Part shown: piece by piece, positions 21,943-34,400 of the stretch
Numbering within the stretch: position 1 is the first letter of the stretch
Layout: each line of letters opens with the position of its first letter
Source of the DNA: Asterionella formosa
Taxonomy: Eukaryota
Direction: 5' to 3'
NCBI GenBank assembly: GCA_002256025.1
Contig: NKIB01013826.1
Span: 1-50,733, forward strand
Length of the DNA stretch: 50,733 nucleotides
The notes under the pieces: generated by a model
The model's database searches: none
What the model was told of the DNA's origin: nothing
What the model saw: the letters and a program-made list of their open reading frames with translations, nothing else
Made by a program: the position numbers and the translations under genes

Positions 21943-24900
21943 ATGCTTTCCCCTTTACAATTGGAAGAGAGTCCTGTCCCAGTCACAATCACAATGGCAA
22001 GCACAAGCGCAAGCGCAACCAAAAGACGGTTTCAATTGCTCCCCGGTGAAGTGATGAAAGCTAGCCGTCGTGGTACTGCTGATTGGTCCTCCATTCTACG
22101 TCCATTTGTGTCTAGCTTGGTCTTTCGTTGCGTCCATAAACGACGGGCTCAATCAGATCCTTCCTTCTTTCCATGGAGTGGCCATTGCGCTTTACTCTTT
22201 GTTGATTTATCGGAATATTCCAAAGTTACTTCCGCTCTTGCTGACAAGGGAGCTTTTGTTCTTTCTAGTGTCGTTAACGCATATCTCGAGCGGCTACTCA
22301 TGATTGTCAGGGAGTATGGAGGGGACGTTGTCAAGTTCGCGGGGGATGCTATATTGATAGTGTGGGAAGGCGAGAAGGAAGAATTAGACTTGAGTGTACT
22401 TTGCGCAGCACAGTGTGCGATACAGATGCAGGAACGGGCGGGTACCCATGAAATTGAAGGCTATGATTTGACATTTAGAATTCACATCGGATTATGCTGC
22501 GGAAGATTAGAGACTGAGATATTCGAAGCCCCTACGCATGTCAATATGCAGCGACTATATCATGCTATTGGGGGGAAACCGCTGGAAGAAATCGGAGGAC
22601 TTGTGGATTTGGCTAAATCTGGAGAAGTTTGCGTTTCGGAAGAGTGCCATCGAATTCTGAAATTGTTTGGATCCTTCAGGCGGTGTGGGCCATATATTTC
22701 TGCGCACATCCTCATCTCCCTGAACATAGATGATATCAATGAAGAGAGAATCGAAAATCATGTGGACGACCTCTTGCGAGATCGAGAACTCGCGAGAAAG
22801 TTCGACATCCTAGAAGCTTTCGTGCCTCCTTGTGTTATCAATCTCCTCGTACATAGCGGAAACTCGCCGACTCAAATCGCTCAGATGAGAAATCTTTGCG
22901 TCTTATTCATCGGCATGACTTCGACCGGATCGCCTGTCAATTGGCTACTAGAGGTGCATGGGATTCTAGACAAGCACCGATGTCCAATTGTGCAAATAAT
23001 TCACGATGATAAGGGTGTTCATGTTGTGGCAGCTGTCAATTTATACGAATCTGTTCCAGAAGCAACCACACTGGCTCTTGATGCAGCACGGGTTTTGGTG
23101 CAACAACAAGTAGGTTGCTCGATGGGTATGGCCATGGGTTCCACCTTTTGCGGGGTTACTGGGTGTGCGCAGGTGGCTTGTAGATGGGATATCACTGGGT
23201 TTCCTGTCGTACGTGCAGCTCGACTTATGCAATGGGCAACCTTGAAAGGGATAGCTGTGGCAATTGATGAAACGATTTATAACAACACAGTTGCCTCCAA
23301 TCGCATGGTCCGTGTTTCTGCTGGCATCAACCTCAAAGGCACAGCAAACCAAATTCCTGTTTTTACTCTTTCGGAGTCATCCAATTTTGCCGCATCCATG
23401 ATCATGGAGCACACAACACTAGCACCAATTCACAATGACATTGTTGACCAAATCTATGGTATTCTTTCGGGCTCCAAATGTCGAGGAGTTGTCGTTATCA
23501 CAGGTCCACCACTGGCAGGCAAGAAAAGTATATGCCAACGTGCTGCCGGACGTGCAGGGCTTGTCCCTATTCTGCACATCTGTTCTTCTGGTGGAGGTCA
23601 TTTCCAACTAGCTAGAACGATTGTGACATGGTATCGACATTGCAGGGACCCTGAGATTAGGGAGGTAGCAGCAGTTGTCGAAAATCATTTAAATAACCAG
23701 CATTGGAGTCGGGCACACGAAGAATGTGTGCGCTTGTTCAATGTCGTGATGGTAGCTGGATATCACGGTTGCTTCATTGTTGATCGGTGCCAATTTCTTG
23801 ACGATTTCTCGATATCCTTGATACGGGACTGTGTAGGCGGCAGCATTCAAACTAAAGCTTCTCAAGTCAGGAATTTTGAATCACTACGATCTTCAATAGC
23901 TGAAGGCTCTGTTGAAGGAAAAATTTTCTTCCTTTGTGTTCATTTTCCATTGTATAAATGGCCGACGGATCATTGTTTCGTGTATGGGCTGCAACGCACG
24001 AAGGACATCGATGTTTCACTTTTTCGAGTTACCGAAGTCCCTATATGTGAACTTCGAATCGCTGTCACACACTGCTTCGACTTGGAAGCCACTCAAAATT
24101 ATATTTCTGTTATTGCAGAACAGGCCGGATTTAGTGTAGGTTGCTTCTTGAAGAGAATTGAGGCCATCAGAACACTCTCGGTGCAGCAATCGAGAATGGG
24201 GAAGTCATCATATTCGATGATCAACTCAAACTTAAATCTTTTTATTCCGTCAGACATGGTACGCCACCATCGCAAGCTCAACATTATGCAGGTCAGTCCA
24301 GAGATTGGGATGCGTTTCACGCAAGGATTCGATGAATTACCGCCAAGATATCAAACCTTTATGAAGCTTCTGGGTATTTTGCCAACAAAAGGTTTCGTTT
24401 ACCTCTGTCCGTTTCATATCATAAGTGAAGTGATGGACGATATTTTTGACGAAGGAGTAGAAACTGACTGGCTCGAGACTGTTCTCATTGAGTTGCGTGA
24501 CCTTTACATGATTAAGGTGCATGGCGAGGGAATTGAGAGAAGGCTTTCTTTGTATAATCCTGCCCTAGCCGATGTCGTTTTCGATGTCTCTACCCCCGCA
24601 CAAGTGCAATATATGAGCACTGCCATCCTTGGTAGACTCGAGCCACACCTCACTGAATGCTACGAAGTACCAATGGTTTGCGCAACTCTTTGGGGGCATC
24701 TGAAGGACTACGAGCAACAAAAGGGAATGTGGATCCAAGGCTACACGCAGCTACTAAAGGAGAGCTCAGAATGGACCGAAGAACGACTGAATGCGCTCAA
24801 ATTCCTTCTTCAGCAGGAAATGTTAAATAGTTTGTGTTGCCCAGAACTGCTGCTTGGAGGGGATTTCTCTTTTACCGTCATCGACGATCACACGCCCATC

Positions 24901-25644
24901 AGCCATAAGATATTGATGTTGAAGAATTATTCGGCTCCGATCAGTTATGGACCATTAGGGCATACTTTCAATGTCATAACAAGATGTACTTTTCGCGAGA
25001 TACGAGTGATAAATGGTGGTGCGACAGAGGATGAGAACGAGAAGATCAGATACGAATCAGCAAGCGCCTTCAGTCGCTTTAAACAGGAGGTCGGTATTGT
25101 TGAAAACTTTCTTCGTGAAAAGGGCTACGGAGAATCCAATGAATATCTCCAAAAGGAATTAGAACTGGTGGAGAAATGCACAACGCCAGGGAAAAGTCGT
25201 GTTTGCGTAGAAATGAAGGCTCATATCATATTGGACGAGCTTTTGCCGCATTTTGTATCACCGAGACTGAAACGATTGCACTTGGTGTGCGCAAGGCTAA
25301 GGGGAGTCTCCGAAGAACTAGATATCATGAAGTTTGCACCACATCCAATCCGAATGGCATATTCCTCTCTGCGCCTCCACGACGACCGAAACGACTCAGT
25401 TCAGCACGCCCTAATTACATTGGCAACTCAAAACTGGGTCCCGAGGAAACTACCTGAGGATTTGCCTCCGTTCCACTATCAAACTACTGCAAGAATTCGT
25501 GATGCGGTGCTGAGGACACTTAGCCAGGGTGAATTGGAACTGTTTCAATATCAACATTCATGGGAAGATCTAGAAGCCTTCCTCGTAACCACTGCCATAT
25601 TGACCCTTTTTTGTGAGAGAGTTCATAAAGGAGAATGGTATTGA
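21943..25644 (+). CDS. Soluble adenylyl cyclase (ADCY10/sAC)-like protein: tandem class III cyclase domains plus a P-loop region (1233 aa)
   Basis: First domain: LLFVDLSEYSK, GGDVVKFAGDA, RIHIGLCCG. Second domain: LCVLFIG, HDDKG, GSTFCGVTG, WDITGFPVVRAARLM. P-loop-like ITGPPLAGKKS and Walker-B-like FIVDRCQFLD. Confidence 0.85.
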   Translation: MLSPLQLEESPVPVTITMASTSASATKRRFQLLPGEVMKASRRGTADWSSILRPFVSSLVFRCVHKRRAQSDPSFFPWSGHCALLFVDLSEYSKVTSALADKGAFVLSSVVNAYLERLLMIVREYGGDVVKFAGDAILIVWEGEKEELDLSVLCAAQCAIQMQERAGTHEIEGYDLTFRIHIGLCCGRLETEIFEAPTHVNMQRLYHAIGGKPLEEIGGLVDLAKSGEVCVSEECHRILKLFGSFRRCGPYISAHILISLNIDDINEERIENHVDDLLRDRELARKFDILEAFVPPCVINLLVHSGNSPTQIAQMRNLCVLFIGMTSTGSPVNWLLEVHGILDKHRCPIVQIIHDDKGVHVVAAVNLYESVPEATTLALDAARVLVQQQVGCSMGMAMGSTFCGVTGCAQVACRWDITGFPVVRAARLMQWATLKGIAVAIDETIYNNTVASNRMVRVSAGINLKGTANQIPVFTLSESSNFAASMIMEHTTLAPIHNDIVDQIYGILSGSKCRGVVVITGPPLAGKKSICQRAAGRAGLVPILHICSSGGGHFQLARTIVTWYRHCRDPEIREVAAVVENHLNNQHWSRAHEECVRLFNVVMVAGYHGCFIVDRCQFLDDFSISLIRDCVGGSIQTKASQVRNFESLRSSIAEGSVEGKIFFLCVHFPLYKWPTDHCFVYGLQRTKDIDVSLFRVTEVPICELRIAVTHCFDLEATQNYISVIAEQAGFSVGCFLKRIEAIRTLSVQQSRMGKSSYSMINSNLNLFIPSDMVRHHRKLNIMQVSPEIGMRFTQGFDELPPRYQTFMKLLGILPTKGFVYLCPFHIISEVMDDIFDEGVETDWLETVLIELRDLYMIKVHGEGIERRLSLYNPALADVVFDVSTPAQVQYMSTAILGRLEPHLTECYEVPMVCATLWGHLKDYEQQKGMWIQGYTQLLKESSEWTEERLNALKFLLQQEMLNSLCCPELLLGGDFSFTVIDDHTPISHKILMLKNYSAPISYGPLGHTFNVITRCTFREIRVINGGATEDENEKIRYESASAFSRFKQEVGIVENFLREKGYGESNEYLQKELELVEKCTTPGKSRVCVEMKAHIILDELLPHFVSPRLKRLHLVCARLRGVSEELDIMKFAPHPIRMAYSSLRLHDDRNDSVQHALITLATQNWVPRKLPEDLPPFHYQTTARIRDAVLRTLSQGELELFQYQHSWEDLEAFLVTTAILTLFCERVHKGEWY

Positions 25645-26223
25645 CATTACAATTTATGTCGAATTCCACGCTGGCATAAATATTTAAACGATGCTCAACT
25701 AGAAAGCACTGCAGGGGTTGTTGGAGTTAAGCTTAGAATGAAACAGCTTGGTTGTCACATCCAATCCGGAATTTCGTGTTTTGTCTATATGATGTCGGCC
25801 GTCACTTTTACCTGGATGCAGAACATGGAGCTCATTTGAACTAGACCTCATCCCTAATTATGAGAACGAAGTTCTCAATCACGTCGCTTTTACAGAATAG
25901 GTTTGTGAAAGTTCACCAATCTCCAAAACTTCGTGAATGAATAAATGTAAGTGCCTGTACTATTGATCTCAAACTGTCAGGGACGCGATGATGAATTTGA
26001 TTTTAGATGCGACGAGGAGTGATGTAGTTCGCAGGTTGCTTGCTCGCCGCGATGCGACACTGCTTCTGTAGAAAAGGTTAATGCAAAGTTTAACGGTGGA
26101 ATAAAACTAGGAACACAATGAGCAGTATAAATTGGCTGGACATGAATCTATGCAAACTGTAATTTAAATTTCAATGTGTTAAATGCTATATCATTGCACT
26201 CCATCCACATGGTTACGTCTAAG

Positions 26224-26871
26224 TTACCATTCCAAGTCTTCGGGTCGTATCGGATGATCTAGAGGTATCATACTCGTTTTCAATTTATCTCTTGGCAAGG
26301 CCTTTCTCATATCTAGTGCATCTTCCCCGTCATCGCCGCTGTAATAGTCCAAGACACGTCGATACTTGACATACCCTAATTTCTGGTACATTCCAATCGC
26401 AAGCTCGTTTGACGCTCGAACAAAGAGATCTACAAAGAAAGCATTGTATACATGAATGCATTTAGTTTCCAAATCGTCCATTAGAGTCTTGGCCAAACCC
26501 AGTCGGCGATATCCTGGTGCAACGGTAACGGCAGATACATGGCCATGCCAAAGAGTCCCTTGTCCTTCGGCTTTCCCTAACATGTAGCCCATAAGTGACC
26601 CATCTGGAGATTCCGCAACTTCGTATTGTAGTATTAAATAAGAATATGGATACGAATGAGTGTGTGAGCAGTTATGCTACATAGCCCTACCGGTACGTTG
26701 GTACTCCTAGTGGGCAACTTCTCCTCTGAGCAACTTACCTGTAAAAGCTTCAGGCCATTTCGCCATGTAACTCAGGTAGAAGGGCATATTGTATGTTTCT
26801 GTCAAGACATCAAGGTTAATGTTGTTGAATTTGAACAGATCCTCCATCATGAATGGTCGCAATGTTGTCAT
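26224..26871 (-). CDS. NAA20: N-alpha-acetyltransferase 20, NatB catalytic subunit (175 aa)
   Basis: Exon 26871-26739 (MTTLRPF..DLFKFNNINLDVLTETYNMPFYLSYMAKWPE) spliced to exon 26618-26224 (MGYMLGKAEG..WHGHVSAVTVAPGYRRLGLA..FVDLFVRASN..EDALDMRKAL). Confidence 0.95.
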
Positions 26872-27697
26872 CTTAGAGAGCCGTAAGTATCGCTATTCGT
26901 TGGCCCACACTTAAACCGGTAGGTGTTTCTGATCCTTGTTTGGCAGACAGATGAATTCTGATGGGGTTCTGAACTTCTAATATAACGGCTGGTGGATAAT
27001 ATGCGCGATGCCTGTTCTTGTAATTCCGAAGAATGCAATGGGAATGATACTGGTATCAGGGGTACCAGGAAATAGCAATGTATCAGCAATGGTGATTGAT
27101 GGCCGTCCTCGTCCCTACTTTGCTGCCTGCCTCCTCGTCGCAACACAGGTCATTATTATCCATGGGTGGGGGGGGGGGTATTTAGAAGTGTAGTTCCAGT
27201 AGAGTCTACCCGTACATAGAGTCCAATAAATTGACATACCGGTACCGGTACCAGTATTTTGGTCTCTTTTTTGGCAAAGTTCTTCCCATCGTTCAAACCG
27301 TCCTTTACCGGAACTTCAGTACACTAATAACATATGGTACAGTACAGTATGTAATTCTACAGCGTTCCAACATCACATGATGGCCTCCCTCCCAGGTAGG
27401 TGGTACCTGGTAGTTAGTAGTCTACAGGTACTGTGCTGTGCTAATTTTATGATACAGCGTGTTTACTGTATCCACAGTAATGGGGACCTCGTCCCGACAT
27501 CCTTCTTACGTAAGGTTCACCCACATCTAAGATCGAGCTGAGGAAGGACCATATCTGCATGATGATGGCACATGCATGATTTGGCTATTTTCACCTATCC
27601 TGTGTGATGAACAAATGCATAGGCACAAAAGAGTACCTGGTACCTCTATAAGGATACATATGTTAGCAACCTGACATTTCGACTATCCCAGGGGCTT

Positions 27698-29524
27698 TTA
27701 ATTCTCCGGTAGTATTGAATAGGTGGGTAGCACAATGTACCGTTGATGGCATGTCACCAGGTCTGTTAAGTCTTCAAGGACTTGATCAAATTGGCAGACT
27801 AATTCATCATCACAAATCTTACCATTCATGCGCTTGGCTACTCTAGACACCAAAGTTTCGTTGTTGTCACACTGTGTTGAATCCCCCTTTCGATGTGTTC
27901 CTTCACGACTCATGCTAGACGAACCTGTTTTCGTTGTGTTATTAATTGAATCTAGCGCTCGTAGGGACTTTTGATTGCTATTATTCTCAACTGCATATGG
28001 AAAATTGTGAACTCTTCTGATGAGACCATGTACAACACCAAATGTGGCAACACGTCGGTGATCAAGTTGGTTGAAAGCCCCCTTCCAGTCAATAAGTCCC
28101 TTCTGATTCCCATTCTTTTTTGCGTCAATTGGCTCGGTGGATTCATTGGATTCAGTGTGGCGATATACCTTTTGCCTATCCTCAGAGACAACGTCAACTC
28201 CTGAATTTCTGTCGCCAAAGATTTTCGATAATAGAATGTCACCAATACATTTGTTTCGGTTGAAAGATACAAACCACTCTGCAAGGGCCGCCTTGAGTTT
28301 CCTTTGTTCCTTCTTGCTCCCCATAGGTGGATGCATCTCATGTGAAGGGAGAAAGGAGCCAAGGCGATATGTTTTGCTGCCTCCTGATATGGATGGGGGA
28401 GGGAATGATGATGGCAGTGACGGCTGAAGAGCACCTCCATGCAAAGGAGAATGTTGAGTCAAACTCGATGAAAGATTGGCCACGGCAGGTCGCTCGGAAA
28501 CTTCCCCTATTGAGGTCTCTGTCTCATTTTTACGTCTTCTGCAAAACTCAAAGGCTTCTTGCAATAGCTTTGGTTCATTTCCAGCCAGTACGGCAGAAGC
28601 TCGTTCTGTGGCTTCATATCGGTTAGAGTAAAAGAACATGTCTACAATAGCAATCACTCCATGGTGCTTCAAGACACGCAGACATGCCCGGACCATCTCT
28701 AGATCAACCTCTGACTTGACCGATATAGTCTTTGCATTATCTACCCCATCAATGTGCAGTACCACCCAGTTGATAGCCAAATCCCAATCGTACATTTGAA
28801 CTTGCCAGTCTCTGCGCAACAAAATGGGCACAGCGTGATCAGGAACAGGATGCGCAGGAGGTTTTGGAGGTTGAAATAGTTTAAGATGAAGAGTATTAGC
28901 ATAATCGAGTATCATATTCGCCTCTCCATTATTGAGCGATATCAATAGATTGTCCAGAGTTGCTTGCAAATGCGGTCTCTTGGTGGGATGCGTCAAACAT
29001 TGCGACTCCATCTCTGTGCTGCGAAGTGCCATAGAGCACTTGGAAAGAATAGGTCTAAAGGGTCTTGGATCTTCTGCGCGTCTGAGAACGAATCCTACGC
29101 AAAATAGCAGATTATTTCGCTCATATCGGTCGTCCACGATGATTTCTGGTAGCGTCAAAATGTGCATGTTGTGTGTGGATAGATTGATCATCTTTCCTGC
29201 AAGCTCGTTTCCTGTGATGATGTATTCGCTTGTGGAGTCGAATATAGATAGAAATTCCGCATCATCTTGTTGTTCTTTTCCCCTCGAGGAAGTTTTCCTA
29301 TGCGATCTGGGTGTTTCTTCGTCGTGAGGCAGTAACTGGCTGAACGTTCGAGCCAGGCAATCTTCAATTTCCGGTGTAGATATTTCAATGTCTTGATCCA
29401 TGAAAGCGCAGGGACTTTGAAAGCAAACCTTGGGTCCCACTACGATATCGAATTCGGCATAGAACACACAAAAGAGAGGACATCTTCGCGCAGGGAACGA
29501 CTTGGGCAGCGGCCGTTCTGCCAT
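27698..29524 (-). CDS. NPRL2: Nitrogen permease regulator 2 / GATOR1 subunit NPRL2-like (608 aa)
   Basis: Motifs VFYAEFDIVVGPKVCFQ, YERNNLLFCVGFV, LHLKLF, WDLAI..IDGV, MFFYSNRY, FGVVHGLIRRVH and DDEL. Confidence 0.9.
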   Translation of the reverse strand: MAERPLPKSFPARRCPLFCVFYAEFDIVVGPKVCFQSPCAFMDQDIEISTPEIEDCLARTFSQLLPHDEETPRSHRKTSSRGKEQQDDAEFLSIFDSTSEYIITGNELAGKMINLSTHNMHILTLPEIIVDDRYERNNLLFCVGFVLRRAEDPRPFRPILSKCSMALRSTEMESQCLTHPTKRPHLQATLDNLLISLNNGEANMILDYANTLHLKLFQPPKPPAHPVPDHAVPILLRRDWQVQMYDWDLAINWVVLHIDGVDNAKTISVKSEVDLEMVRACLRVLKHHGVIAIVDMFFYSNRYEATERASAVLAGNEPKLLQEAFEFCRRRKNETETSIGEVSERPAVANLSSSLTQHSPLHGGALQPSLPSSFPPPSISGGSKTYRLGSFLPSHEMHPPMGSKKEQRKLKAALAEWFVSFNRNKCIGDILLSKIFGDRNSGVDVVSEDRQKVYRHTESNESTEPIDAKKNGNQKGLIDWKGAFNQLDHRRVATFGVVHGLIRRVHNFPYAVENNSNQKSLRALDSINNTTKTGSSSMSREGTHRKGDSTQCDNNETLVSRVAKRMNGKICDDELVCQFDQVLEDLTDLVTCHQRYIVLPTYSILPEN

Positions 29525-30176
29525 GGTTAATTTACGTACCGGTATTGTTAATCTGCTTTGGCTGATGTCTGTGATTGAGATTTACCGGTATTATACTGGT
29601 AGAATAGAATTGTTCTGAAATCATACCTGTCAACTCACATGTGACTAACAGGTACCAGATACCAGGTATACCAGGTACGGCACCTGGTAGCAGCAGTAGT
29701 CGTCCGTCCTCGTCGGTCATGATGCATATGTGTGCATGCTACTCCATACATTTTATTTTGTGTATTTAAAAATTTTGAACATCGGAACCAGTACATAGTG
29801 CATCAAGCACGTCGAATCGTCATCATCCAAGAAAATATACTCCTATGTACCACGCACACAGTACCAGGTACTCTTCATACCGCTATGTATATAAGCAAAA
29901 GTACCGGTAGAATAGATAATGAAGTAGAAAATAGATTATACATGACCGGTAGTAAGTACATACCGGTAGGTATTGTCATGACAAAATTGACACATCAATA
30001 TGTAAAAACTGATGGATCGAGCGATGGAACACACAGATCCAATCCAATTGCTTACTAAATATTTTATTGCTATTTCATTGTGTTGTACTGGATGTACCAG
30101 CTGATGATCGCCACACCCATCCTCGTTTCTCATTGCTCGCCGTTGAACAAATAAGCTACTGTTATAGCGCATCAGA

Positions 30177-31268
30177 ATGGACCTCAGGAGGAAACGAAGC
30201 CTGCAGGCCGCAGTAATGGCAGCGGCTGCCTCGTTTTCAGCTGTGATCAATGCGTACACTGTACGACCAAGCTTTGTCACCAGACATATGAGTCAACATC
30301 GGTCGTTTCTCATGATTTATGCTCCTCCAGGTTCGGGTTATGCGACTCCGGAAGACGAGCAGAACCTGCTTCCTGAATCGTACGAACCCATGATGGAGTA
30401 TCCCGGAACGATGCGCCCCGGTCGAACGCCTGAAAACCAGCCCTTTCATGATTTGCCCATCGGAGACGACGACCCAGACCCCGTGCCATGGCCTCACTTT
30501 CAACAAATTGAATGGCACCATCGATGGGAGCCGCCTCATCCTCACCCTATTCCTATGGAGGAATTCATCGAAATGCACGGCCGATGGGCTACTCCAGAGG
30601 TAGAGGCGGAAATGAGAGCTGGTGCTCGCCGGGATGTTCAGCAGCGAAAAGAGCAAGCCGAAAACGAGCGGAAATCGACGCTCATTGTGGATGACGAAGA
30701 TGATGATATTTCGGACGAGGACGTTAATATGGAACTTGGTGACGGGATGTTTGGACAACTAGGATCTCCGGCGGAAGACGCCATCACTGCTGAAACTGTC
30801 TCATCAGAAAACAAGAATTTGGACTTGACGGGAGAAGAAGACGATTTTGATGAATTTCTTCTCGATCTTGGATTGGATGCTCCTGATATTGGTGATATTG
30901 TGCCTGTCGTGAAGCCTACAGCCAGATACGAGGATGATGACGATGTTGATCTTGACCTTGACTTGGGGTTCTTGGATGATACCTCCCCAGTTTCTGCTGC
31001 CAAGGCTACTTCCGCTCCTCAGATGGATCTGTCTCTCGAAGATGAAGAATTTGAAGATAATGCCGCTGCGGCGATTGAGGACGACGACGGACTAGACATG
31101 GGCCTTGAGGATGACGACGACGAGCTTGCTGGAGACGAAATTTCTATGGTCCCACTGGAAGACTTTGGCGACGATCAATTGGATGATGACGACTCATTCG
31201 ATGACGGCGGCTTCGACTATGACGAGGGCGATTTCGGAGATTTTGATGGTGGAGGAGACGCTTGGTAA
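30177..31268 (+). CDS. Hypothetical protein with a plastid-type presequence, Pro/Trp-rich core and long Asp/Glu-rich tail (363 aa)
   Basis: AAVMAAAASFSAVINA-Y followed by a basic/hydroxylated stretch. Core IYAPPGSGY..YPGTMRPGRTPENQPFHDLP..WPHFQQIEWHHRW. Very acidic C-terminal half. Confidence 0.8.
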   Translation: MDLRRKRSLQAAVMAAAASFSAVINAYTVRPSFVTRHMSQHRSFLMIYAPPGSGYATPEDEQNLLPESYEPMMEYPGTMRPGRTPENQPFHDLPIGDDDPDPVPWPHFQQIEWHHRWEPPHPHPIPMEEFIEMHGRWATPEVEAEMRAGARRDVQQRKEQAENERKSTLIVDDEDDDISDEDVNMELGDGMFGQLGSPAEDAITAETVSSENKNLDLTGEEDDFDEFLLDLGLDAPDIGDIVPVVKPTARYEDDDDVDLDLDLGFLDDTSPVSAAKATSAPQMDLSLEDEEFEDNAAAAIEDDDGLDMGLEDDDDELAGDEISMVPLEDFGDDQLDDDDSFDDGGFDYDEGDFGDFDGGGDAW

Positions 31269-31495
31269 ATATTCAAGTGATTGAGAAACAGTAAGAAACG
31301 TAATGGTAATGATAAAAGTTTCCTAAACATTTTATGTGGATACTTTTGACTATGCAGGCGAGACAATAACGAAAGGAAATATTACTCCACAAAACAATGC
31401 GGTGCACTTTTTTTTTTATTACCCCATACCTACACGCCTTGCTGACCAATGACCAGGCGTTCTCGCTCTTCACGTCAGGGATAGCAAAGAAAGTA

Positions 31496-34400
31496 TCACG
31501 CAAATAATGATTTCATGTCATCAAGTGACAACGTTTGAAGCGATCCAGCATCGCGACCAATCGTCCCGTCAAATACCAGACGTTTTTTATCTTGCAATTG
31601 CACAATACGCTCTTCAACTGTGTCTTCGGCAATGAATCGGACAGCTCGGATTGGTCTGTACTGGCCAAGCCGATGGGTTCTATCAATTGCCTGCATCTCC
31701 GCAGCTGGGTTCCACCAAGGATCCATTAGGTAAATATGATTGGCAACTAACAGAATTGGAAAAGAAAAGAATGAATAAAAAGTTGATAACGTTCATTAAG
31801 AGCACGGGCGAAGAAAAAAGACATACCTGTCAAATTGAGCGCCACCCCTCCAGCTTTAAGTGACATGAGCAAGATTCGCACGTCACTATCCTCACGAAAT
31901 TCCTTGAGACATGAGTCTCGGGCCTTCACATTCATACCACCATGAAGCCCTCGGTAGCCGAGACCCATCTTCGCCAAATGGGGGTCGGAATGAAGTCGCC
32001 AACGAATAAGATCCAGCATGTTAACAAACTGCGAAAAGACGATAGCTTTACTTCCAGGCGATGTATTTCTCATTCGAACAAGCTCTTCTACGAGAGCTTC
32101 GATCTTTGTAGATGTGGCAAACTCACGTAAATTGATTCTAAAGAAGTCCGCAAATGGCATCAGTGAAAGCGGAACATGCAGATTTACAAAGCAAGAATAT
32201 CACTCACCTGCGGAGAATGGACCCAGTAGCAACATTCAACATTTCCTTTAGAGATGGCATTGGGTCTGAAGATCCTCCCCGAGAAATTTCAGATGCTTCT
32301 TCAGTCACTTGGTTGAGGTCGACCGATAGCGGTTCACGACAGCTTGGACACGGAATCGCACCGTCGCCTGCATTTATTGCCATGTAATCTCGAACACAAC
32401 TCTGACAAAACGCTGCTTGACAACACGAACTAAGAACCCTGTCAGTTGGGGGTTCGTGACAAATATCACAATCGATGGAGCCATTCGCTATTGCAATTCC
32501 ATTGCCAATACTCTGTTGCTCAGAAAATCCTTTCTTTGAATGAACGACAAGGTAAGGATGACATACTGCTTGTCGCATCCTCATCAATAGGTCGAACACT
32601 AACAGAGTGGTGGAGAAATAGAAAAAGTGAGGACTTCAACAAAATCAACAAACAGAGTCGCAACAAAGTCTAACTTACAGTGAGCATAGTTGTTTAGAGC
32701 AACGCCATCAGATACGTAATCATTGAACGAGCTTTGAGTTTGGGTGTACAACGCATTATAGAAGTCTTCTTCAACAGGGTGAAGGCGAACTGTACGAATA
32801 GAAACCAACCGTGGCGGCAAGTTCATATCTTCTGCTCTGGTTTCTTTCGTTCGTCGAAGAAGACTCTTATCAAGAACTTCGTTCTTAAGTGTGAACATTG
32901 CACGCCGCCCATCGCCACTGTATCCAGAACGCTGGATTGGGTTGAGCACGTGCTTGTTAAATTGAGAGTAGTGCTGAACAGAACCATGACCACAATCTTG
33001 ACATTTTCCGTCCAACATGCGATAGTGCAAACTCTTACAGCTGCAGCCCTAAACAAGAGAAAGAAGTTAAGTTCCATGACTCCAAAAAAGATTGCCGTAA
33101 TGATGAATATTGAATGCACATACCGTCTTCTTACAAAAGTAATGGGCCATTGGGTCAATGCGAAGGAAACGAATCAGCGAATAGAACTCCCCAACTCGAT
33201 TCTGCAAACAAAAATTAACGAGTTAATGAAGTAAAGGACAAGTATACTCTGAAAATTAATATCTTCACGTACCTGGAGGGGTGTTCCACTTAAGCACCAA
33301 CGGTGAATCCCACTTAGTGCAAAACTTGCATTGGCAGTTTGACTGCTTCGAGATTTGATTATATGCGCTTCATCTAAAACAATTCGCCACCAGCAAACAC
33401 TGTGTAATATGCTCATCTGAGACCCTTCCATTGCCTCCCTCAATAACTTGTTCATATCAATAGCATCCATGGGGTCATCCTCATTTCCCTCAAAATCGAC
33501 GTTGGCATCACCAAATTTCTTTCCTTTCCCTTTCTTTGTCACGGCTTTCTGCCCTTTTCCTCCTTTTATGCCTTGCTTTGATTTTCCGATGTATTTTTTT
33601 GCAGCGTTGCTCAGCGCCTCAAGCTGGGCTGATCTAGCTTGTTTGATCGCTTCGTCCTCAGAGCCATCTATTTCGTCGTCGGTAACTGGAAACTCCTTCA
33701 CCTTCATTGAACGAGAAATCGGCTGTTTGGAACTCTTTTTCGGCTTCTCGTTGTGCGAAATTTCATCACTTTCAGATTTTTCGCTTTCGCTATATTCATA
33801 TCCAGATTCGTCTTCGCTCTCAGCAATACCCAAATCTGAATGGGATGGCAACATTTTCTTCCTCGCAACTACTGCGGCCGAGCGCGAAGCACGTCGTTCT
33901 CCACTTGTGCGCGTGGTGACGTATGCTAATGAAAGATCACTTTCCGAGTCATAAAAGGCGCTACGCTTAATTCGAACTTGAGGAGATGACTTCATCTTCT
34001 TCTTCACTGCCTTTTTCTCGGGTGTTTTTTTGTCACCAGAAGTTTGATTCTTCCTGAAACCAGATCGATCCCCTGGCAGAGGCTCTGCTCCTCTCCTGCG
34101 CTGTCGAGCCTGTGCTTCAGTTCGTTGGGCTCCATCCCCGCAAAAGTACTTTAAGTGAACTCGAAGCTTGTCAACCTTGAATTTCCCACCACAGTTTGGG
34201 CATTTCACTTTGTTGGGGCTTGTCATTTTACGAAAATCAGCCTCAAGAATTTGATAGGTCGTTAACACCACGTCATATTTGCAGAGCAATTCCCACGGCA
34301 TATCTACTGCTCGGTTTGGCCCATGATATGTGCCCACAGTCAGTGCACCAGCTTCCGTAAACTTTTCGATTTCAGCTTTCCACTGCGAGAGAGCAATGAC

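Noticed and set aside
27164..27178. Poly-G run upstream of NAA20 as a G-quadruplex regulator
   Set aside because: A single homopolymer, with no supporting evidence.
27559..27674. C/D-box snoRNA (ATGATGA..GTGATGA..CTGA)
   Set aside because: No D' box, terminal stem or recognisable rRNA guide. It lies in the NPRL2 3' flank.
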